A DNA stretch of 24,000 bases, from assembly GCA_965224605.1 (NCBI GenBank), contig CBDCZP010000004.1, positions 49,868 to 73,867 on the forward strand. The letters are read 5' to 3'. The first letter of the stretch is position 1; the number at the start of each line of letters is the position of its first letter. The notes below the pieces were generated by a model. That model made no database searches. It worked only from the letters and a program-made list of their open reading frames with translations, and had not been told where the DNA came from. Position numbers and translations under genes: made by a program. Below are positions 1-5,465 of this stretch, one piece after another. The stretch is from Thiotrichaceae bacterium. GTDB lineage: Bacteria; Pseudomonadota; Gammaproteobacteria; Thiotrichales; Thiotrichaceae.

Positions 1-1
1 C

Positions 2-199
2 GTCAACAATACAAACAATACCAGTGGAGGGGGAGGTAGCTTATCGATGCTTTGGTTTCTATTGCTAAGTGGGTTATTTGTTGCTAAGAGCTTATTTATT
101 GCTAAGGGCTTAGTTTTCAGTCGGTCTTGTTGTTGCCATTGCAACAGTTGTGCGCGGGCAATGTGTGGAAAGATAAATGAGCTGATTGATTCATGTTAG
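2..199 (+). CDS. 3' end of a CDS whose 5' part lies outside the window. It ends in a Gly-run plus hydrophobic helix (GlyGly-CTERM-like) followed by a Cys-rich tail.
   Basis: Frame 2 is open from the window edge to TAG at 197-199. My translation is VNNTNNTSGGGGSLSMLWFLLLSGLFVAKSLFIAKGLVFSRSCCCHCNSCARAMCGKINELIDSC*. The GGGGS+TM pattern matches the C-terminus of the next gene. The feature is short and not on the ORF track. Confidence 0.5.
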   Translation, partial: VNNTNNTSGGGGSLSMLWFLLLSGLFVAKSLFIAKGLVFSRSCCCHCNSCARAMCGKINELIDSC

Positions 200-389
200 C
201 CAAAAATATGCATCTAAATAAAAGAAATTCCGTAATAATCGAACTACCTTTAAATATAATAGTCAATGATTAGTGAAAGCTAAAAATTTAATCAATTTGT
301 TAGTGCCCAAAAAAGTAACCCAAATAGCTGGTAGAATCTCATAAATTATCCTTAGTGGGACAACTAACTAGTTACCGTCCATAAAGAAG

Positions 390-549
390 TCCTTCTCCCC
401 TAAGGAGGGTGTTGTAAAAGCTATGATTTGTAGGTCGGATAAGGAACGCCATCCGGCAAGCTGCTGAATAAACAGTTCTTTGTCGTATGGCGCTATCGCT
501 TATACGACCTACTTTCTACTTTTGCGACACCCCTGCTAGGTGGAGGGAG
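390..549. repeat. REPIN-like nested palindromic element: two inverted GTAG-headed REP hairpins plus outer inverted arms.
   Basis: REP 430-458 is GTAGGTCGGATAAGGAACGCCATCCGGCA. The inverted REP at 481-512 has reverse complement GTAGGTCGTATAAGCGATAGCGCCATACGACA. The outer arms, AGGGTGTTGTAAAAG (406-420) and CTTTTGCGACACCCC (519-533), are complementary at 12/14 positions. The element is intergenic. Confidence 0.6.
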
Positions 550-628
550 TTTATGTACTTTCTGGGCGTAAACTAACTAATTATTTATTGTAATTTACTT
601 TTGCCACACTTAATACAAGGGAGTTAAC

Positions 629-2413
629 GTGATAGTTCGATTTATTATATTCATCAGTTTCTTTGCACTCTTCACTTCATCAGTTTTTGCAAGCGAGCCT
701 ATATGGAAAGAAGGGAAAGAGCGGACAGATCATTCCAGCTCCTCATCGGTAGATCGCCAATTTAGTTTAGATGTACCCGCGCTTGTCGATCAGATTGATC
801 ATACTTCGTCTGCATCATCCGCAAAAAAATCAAACCAACCCATCTCGTTTAATCTGCCTTTACCTAACGGTGAGACGATTAATCTACTTGCTACTGAGTA
901 CTCCATCATGGAAGAAGGGACTAGTGCTTATGGGGATTTTAGATCATGGAAAGTAACGGGTCAGGATGATCCATCTGTGTCGGGTGTGATGGATGTTAGT
1001 AGTAATGGTTTCCATGCGATGATACAACTGGCTGATGGTGAAACCGTTTTTATTGAACCTGACTCTATTGAATCCGATTCTATTAAACCTGCCTCGGAAT
1101 CTTCTCAGCAAAGCAATACTTATAAAAGTTATCGAAAAAGTGATAGCCAAAATGAAATCCCCTTCCAATGCGGTATTCATTTAACAGATGATCCTGTTGT
1201 CGCATTAAAACAATCCCCTATTATCGCTCAAAGAGTTGCTAAGGATTTAAAGACCTATCGGTTGGCGATGGCTGCAACAGGCGAGTTCACCCAGTTTTAT
1301 GGGAATAAAACAGCAGCGATGAACGCTATCAGTTCCATGCTTAATGAAGTTAATTTCATTTATGAGCGTGATCTGGGGATCAGATTACTGTTGATTGGAA
1401 GCAATGCAGATATCGTTTTCACCAACCCCAATACTGACCCGTACCCAACTAATAGAGATGAGGCGCTTTTAGATGCAAATACAGGTGTGATTAACAGTGT
1501 AGTGGGTGCTGGCGCTTATGATATCGGACATGTATTAACACGATTCACAAACGCAGTGGGGGGGATTGCAGCATTAGGTTCCGTTTGTGGATCGAGTAAA
1601 GGCGGTGGCATGACGGGTTCAGCGAATCCACGCGATCCAGCTTTTGCTATTGATTTTGTAGCGCATGAACTAGGCCATCAATTAGGAGCAACCCACACCT
1701 TTAATAGCACGACAGGTTCTTGTGCAGGTGGCAACAGGGTAGCGGTAAGCGCCTTCGAACCGGGCAGTGGCTCAAGCGTTATGGCTTATGCGGGTATCTG
1801 TGGCATTAACGATATTGTTGACAACTCACTGCCTGTTTTTCATATTGCAAGTATTTCACAAATTGATAGTAATACACGGATTACTGGGGATTGTGCGGCT
1901 AATACAACTAGTCTTAATGAAGATCCTGACATTAGCAGTGTGACAACGAATCTTACCGTGAATGCGGGTCAATCCTTTACGCTAACCGGAGCGGCAACTG
2001 ATCCTGATGGCGACACGCTTACTTATGCCTGGGATCAAATGGACGCAGGGACGGCTTCGAATAAATTTGTTGATACTGGAAACAATGCGCTGTTTGAAGT
2101 AAAAATGCCTAGTAGTTCAGCAAGTAGAACCTTTGAAGGAAGAGCAGTCACTAATCGGAACCTTACCTTTGAATTTGTTGTCAGAGATGAAGAAGGTGGA
2201 ATAAGAACGAGAACTACATCAGTTAGCGTCGTAAACGGCTCCGCTCCAGGTACGAATACAGGTTCTGGTGGCGACTCTGGAAGCAGCTCTGGCGGTGGCG
2301 GTAGCTTTGACATAGCGCTGTTCTTATTGTTCTTTAGTCTTATATTAATAGTTAGAGACCCCTTTCATGTAAAGGTCTCAGTTAAACAGAATGATGTTTG
2401 GAGAAAACAATGA
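629..2413 (+). CDS. Secreted zinc metalloprotease of the metzincin / reprolysin-like (M12B-like) type, with an N-terminal signal peptide and a GlyGly-CTERM-like C-terminal sorting tail.
   Basis: GTG start, with GGGAG 5 nt upstream. Signal-like N-terminus MIVRFIIFISFFALFTSSVFA/SEP. The metzincin motif HELGHQLGATH (HExxHxxGxxH) is at nt 1664-1696. A DPDGDTLTYAWDQ Ig-like segment follows. The C-terminus is SGSSSGGGGSFDIALFLLFFSLILIVRD (from nt 2291). Confidence 0.85.
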   Translation: MIVRFIIFISFFALFTSSVFASEPIWKEGKERTDHSSSSSVDRQFSLDVPALVDQIDHTSSASSAKKSNQPISFNLPLPNGETINLLATEYSIMEEGTSAYGDFRSWKVTGQDDPSVSGVMDVSSNGFHAMIQLADGETVFIEPDSIESDSIKPASESSQQSNTYKSYRKSDSQNEIPFQCGIHLTDDPVVALKQSPIIAQRVAKDLKTYRLAMAATGEFTQFYGNKTAAMNAISSMLNEVNFIYERDLGIRLLLIGSNADIVFTNPNTDPYPTNRDEALLDANTGVINSVVGAGAYDIGHVLTRFTNAVGGIAALGSVCGSSKGGGMTGSANPRDPAFAIDFVAHELGHQLGATHTFNSTTGSCAGGNRVAVSAFEPGSGSSVMAYAGICGINDIVDNSLPVFHIASISQIDSNTRITGDCAANTTSLNEDPDISSVTTNLTVNAGQSFTLTGAATDPDGDTLTYAWDQMDAGTASNKFVDTGNNALFEVKMPSSSASRTFEGRAVTNRNLTFEFVVRDEEGGIRTRTTSVSVVNGSAPGTNTGSGGDSGSSSGGGGSFDIALFLLFFSLILIVRDPFHVKVSVKQNDVWRKQ

Positions 2414-2823
2414 TCAAGAAAATATTATTACCGTTAAGTGTCAGTTTATTAGCGATGACACTAGCAACTTCTAACGCAGCTCCTAAAGTGCCAAGTGCAT
2501 CCGAAATAAAAGCGCAACAAGAAAAAAAATATGCGACTGAGATGGTACGTATGAAAAAAAAGGACGCATCGAAAGATGCTGAAGCCGCCAAGAGACTTGG
2601 GTTTCCCTATTTACTAGCGCATCATGCAGGACGAAGCGCATCTTTAGTCATTCCGGGTTTGGCACAAAAAGATTACAAAACGGCTCAAGCTCGTTGCCCC
2701 ATCCTGATTCTCGATGGGCTTGGAGATACCATTTATGGTGATCAACATATGGCCTACCGAAAAGCTGCTACAGATTACGCGGCACAGTTTAATCAGATAA
2801 CTTACAAGGCATGTATGCGCTAA
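2410..2823 (+). CDS. Small secreted protein of unknown function, translationally coupled to the metalloprotease.
   Basis: ATG at 2410-2412 overlaps the protease TGA at 2411-2413 (ATGA). GGAGA lies 6 nt upstream. Signal peptide MIKKILLPLSVSLLAMTLATSNA/AP. The mature part has two Cys. The track's TTG start at 2398 is less likely. Confidence 0.6.
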   Translation: MIKKILLPLSVSLLAMTLATSNAAPKVPSASEIKAQQEKKYATEMVRMKKKDASKDAEAAKRLGFPYLLAHHAGRSASLVIPGLAQKDYKTAQARCPILILDGLGDTIYGDQHMAYRKAATDYAAQFNQITYKACMR

Positions 2824-2895
2824 AACCTTTTGGGTTTTATCCCTTCTCCTTGGAGGCGATGAAAATATTCTCAGACATTATTTTAATTGGAAGTG

Positions 2896-3042
2896 AGCCT
2901 TCAGAGACTGTGCAAGTATTCCTTATGTAGGGTGTGCCGACGAAGGAGGCGCACCATGAATCAACAGCTTACGGTGCGCCTCGTACCTCGGCACACCCTA
3001 CAAATGAGATTTTTTTTAATACTTGCACAGTCTCTTCAGGCT
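2896..3042. repeat. REPIN/MITE-like nested palindrome of 147 bp: outer 25-bp arms enclosing two inverted GTAG REP hairpins.
   Basis: The outer arms are AGCCTTCAGAGACTGTGCAAGTATT (2896-2920) and AATACTTGCACAGTCTCTTCAGGCT (3018-3042). The inner REPs are GTAGGGTGTGCCGACGAAGGAGGCGCACC (2927-2955) and the reverse complement of 2973-3001, GTAGGGTGTGCCGAGGTACGAGGCGCACC. Confidence 0.65.
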
Positions 3043-3240
3043 TGCCATATGTTGAAAACAGCATGTCAGACGAGCTTGAGGCTCGTTTTCAGTCGGGCTA
3101 ATTACCCGTCCACTTGCGGCGGAGTAGTTTATTTAGCGAACTGTGATAGTCATTAGTTGAAATTTATAGACTCCTAAAAGATATTTCATAGACTGTGATC
3201 TATCATTAAGTTACGGCACAACTAACTTTGGAGACTACTG

Positions 3241-4011
3241 ATGGATAAAAATGATTCTACGGGTAAAGTTGAGAAGGGCTATTCTTCAATGTTAAAAGCC
3301 GTTGAGGAACTAGTCGCGAAAGAAGGGAAGAATCTAAAGGAGGCTATTCTAATCGCAGAAGATAAGCTGTCTGAATGGGGCGAGCTAGGACGTGAAGAAG
3401 TGAATACCATAAGCGATGAAGTTAAGCGCGATTTGGGTTCTCTGGGTGAAACCGTTGAAAAAGCAAAATCTTCATTCAGAGAAAAATGGGAGCTTGATTC
3501 TAAATACCTTTCGGATTCTACATGGAACATCCTCAGCAGTGTTGCGGATAAAACTACGCTCGCCTTGATGGAGTTTAGGAATGATATAGAAGAGAGAGTT
3601 CAAGAGGCTAAAAAAGATTTACATGAGCGAGAGCATCATGATCATCGACAATGGCATAGTGATCACATGATGTGGTTGGATGATATTGATCGGTGGCAAA
3701 AAGAATATCAGCAAGCAGATCGGAGCTTGGTGGCTATTCAAGAAAGCTTGCGATTGCGTAGTGAGCAGTTAACCAAGCATGAACAAGCTATTCGTACGCA
3801 TGAGTACATAGACAGTGTGCATGAAAAGGAGATTGCGCGTGCAGAGCAGGATCCGGATAATCCTGTTCTAGATGCTATCAGCCATAATAATGAAGAGGGT
3901 TATGAGAAAATGATAGGAAGACATAAGAAAGAAGCGGCTAAACATCAGCAGTTAAAGGAAGAACAAAGGGAGATTATGATACTGGTTGCCAAGCTTAACA
4001 AGCTAATTTGA
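3241..4011 (+). CDS. Cytoplasmic coiled-coil protein. The N-terminal half resembles the DUF1451 (zinc-ribbon-containing) family but lacks the Cys4 ribbon. The C-terminal half is a His/Trp-rich helical region.
   Basis: GGAGA lies 8 nt upstream of the ATG and there is no signal peptide. N-terminal pattern: Y..ML..VEE......L.EAI..AE.KL.E.GEL.REE...I..EVKRDL ... W.IL..VADKT. The C-terminal region reads HEREHHDHRQWHSDHMMWLDDIDRWQKEY...THEYIDSVHEKEI. The family assignment is from memory only. Confidence 0.6.
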   Translation: MDKNDSTGKVEKGYSSMLKAVEELVAKEGKNLKEAILIAEDKLSEWGELGREEVNTISDEVKRDLGSLGETVEKAKSSFREKWELDSKYLSDSTWNILSSVADKTTLALMEFRNDIEERVQEAKKDLHEREHHDHRQWHSDHMMWLDDIDRWQKEYQQADRSLVAIQESLRLRSEQLTKHEQAIRTHEYIDSVHEKEIARAEQDPDNPVLDAISHNNEEGYEKMIGRHKKEAAKHQQLKEEQREIMILVAKLNKLI

Positions 4012-4065
4012 ACCCTGCCAATTTAAGAACAAGCTAATGAACGTCCAGAAAGCCTGTAACATCAT

Positions 4066-4156
4066 GTAGCCTGTGTTGAGGTACGAAACGCGGGTTTCAC
4101 TTTTTAAACTCATTTGGTTGAGTTCCCGTGTTTCGCTATCGCTCAACACAGGCTAC
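4066..4156. repeat. REPIN-like element (two inverted GTAG REP hairpins) between convergent genes.
   Basis: GTAGCCTGTGTTGAGGTACGAAACGCGGG (4066-4094), and the reverse complement of 4125-4156, GTAGCCTGTGTTGAGCGATAGCGAAACACGGG. The left arm is 28/29 identical to 22307-22335. Confidence 0.7.
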
Positions 4157-4185
4157 ATTAACTGATTCGTTCAAATTACGTTTAT

Positions 4186-5337
4186 TTATTCAAGTCCAAG
4201 AAATGAGCGAACATTTTCCATAAAGCCTTTATTTTCCCCTGAGTTATTTTCCTTGGCGGGAGCTGTAGCTGGAATGGGAGCATTTCCTTGTGTACTAAGT
4301 TTCTTAGCAGCTAAGCCAACTTTTGGATTTTCAGGAATACGTTGTTCAGTGTTATTTATCCATTCAGGAACATAGTCTATCAGGGCTTTTTTGTACGGGG
4401 CGAATAAAGCGTCACGCTTTTCTTCTTCTTCCGCCATGCCTTTTTTCCATTCATTTTCATCAAGATCATAGGTGTTAGCACCTTGTAAACTATCGGGTAA
4501 GTCATATTCTGGTAGACAGTTACCATGCAAGTCAGCCTTACCTTTTACGGGAAGGTAACGGCCATCCATGTAATGCCAGTCGGCAATGATGCTACCACAG
4601 CGATTAGTGGTTTCTTCCTCGGCGCTAAGGTGAGAGGCTATGGTAATGTTCTTATAATTACCGGTTTCGCTGTAGCGCAAGGTCAGAGTGTTGTCTTCTC
4701 CTTCAAAGAGTATGTTGTAGTCATCACCGGTTTGTTGGACAAGCCAGATGTGTCCATATTTTTGATCCGTTAGACAGCTAGAGTCAATACTCAGCACCCA
4801 CTCTTTGGTATCGGGATTATCGTCCATGTCTACGGGTAGGCTATCAACATTACAATTTTTCAAGCTGCCGTCATTGATGGCTTTGTTTATGACGGGATAC
4901 AGCTTACTAAAGGGTGAAGCGATATTGTTTATTTTCCCGTTGAGGAGTACATCTTTGATATTTTCAGGAGCGGCTTTCATTGCCATCACATCATCGGCGC
5001 TCAGTGGCAAACTAGCGCATCGCTTGCGATCTATCATAATGAGTTTATAAGTGTCATTACACAGGTTCACCAGTTTGTTGTGGGCATAGAGTTTTTTATC
5101 GGCTTCCGCCTGACTGACTCCCAGACACCATTGGATATGAGCTGCTTTGTCTGCACTCCAGTGCGGCTGATCTCGCTGGCAGACTTCTAGTGCGCTTTTA
5201 CCTTTGTGTGGCAAATTGATGAGTGCACGTGCGTAAGTTTGGCAATATGCTTTATCGGCAGCGTGTAGCGTTGGGCTCACAAAGCTTAAGGTGAGGTAGC
5301 ACAAGCTGACTAACATCGATAAAGTGAATTTTTGCAT
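4186..5337 (-). CDS. Secreted or periplasmic protein of unknown function with a Cys-containing N-terminal module.
   Basis: I prefer the ATG at 5337, which has AGGAGA 7 nt upstream, over the track start at 5370. Signal peptide MQKFTLSMLVSLCYLTLSFVSPTLHA/ADK. The 4-Cys module reads C..YA...(n)...C......W......H..WC...(n)...C. Confidence 0.65.
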   Translation of the reverse strand: MQKFTLSMLVSLCYLTLSFVSPTLHAADKAYCQTYARALINLPHKGKSALEVCQRDQPHWSADKAAHIQWCLGVSQAEADKKLYAHNKLVNLCNDTYKLIMIDRKRCASLPLSADDVMAMKAAPENIKDVLLNGKINNIASPFSKLYPVINKAINDGSLKNCNVDSLPVDMDDNPDTKEWVLSIDSSCLTDQKYGHIWLVQQTGDDYNILFEGEDNTLTLRYSETGNYKNITIASHLSAEEETTNRCGSIIADWHYMDGRYLPVKGKADLHGNCLPEYDLPDSLQGANTYDLDENEWKKGMAEEEEKRDALFAPYKKALIDYVPEWINNTEQRIPENPKVGLAAKKLSTQGNAPIPATAPAKENNSGENKGFMENVRSFLGLE

Positions 5338-5383
5338 CTGTATTCTCCTGAATGTATTCAACTTGTCCACATGACACTTCTAC

Positions 5384-5441
5384 ATTAGATATTACCAAGA
5401 AGGGAAGTTCCCTTCTTAAGAAATTAGATATTACCAAGAAG
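5384..5441 (-). promoter_or_regulatory. Structured intergenic spacer: two perfect 19-bp direct repeats bracketing a 10+10 palindrome.
   Basis: ATTAGATATTACCAAGAAG occurs at 5384-5402 and 5423-5441. The palindrome AAGAAGGGAA-g-TTCCCTTCTT at 5397-5417 shares bases with the first repeat copy. The spacer lies between the stop of the 781-aa gene (5466) and the start of the next gene (5337). Confidence 0.4.
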
Positions 5442-5465
5442 TAATCCATCTCGTTAAATAGTAGC

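Noticed and set aside
113-3096. 12-mer GTTTTCAGTCGG shared between 113-124 and 3085-3096.
   Set aside because: Tens of 12-mer coincidences are expected at this window size, and the surrounding sequence is not similar.
2887-3156. 89-aa ORF rich in Arg and Cys.
   Set aside because: It lies entirely over the 147-bp nested palindrome. The symmetric sequence keeps a frame open by chance.
361-3227. Shared ACAACTAACT 10-mer (361-370 and 3218-3227) and AAACTAACTA (571-580) upstream of two + strand genes.
   Set aside because: The matches are too short to distinguish from chance, and their positions relative to the start codons are inconsistent (~260, ~50 and 14 nt).
5384-5441. Possible CRISPR-like repeat-spacer structure.
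   Set aside because: There are only two 19-bp copies and one 20-bp 'spacer' that is itself part of a palindrome. There are no cas genes and no leader. I treat it as a regulatory or structural spacer instead.
5252-5449. 65-aa ORF with a duplicated FLVISN peptide.
   Set aside because: It is produced by the 19-bp direct repeats in the intergenic spacer and overlaps the better-supported start of the 4186-5337 gene.
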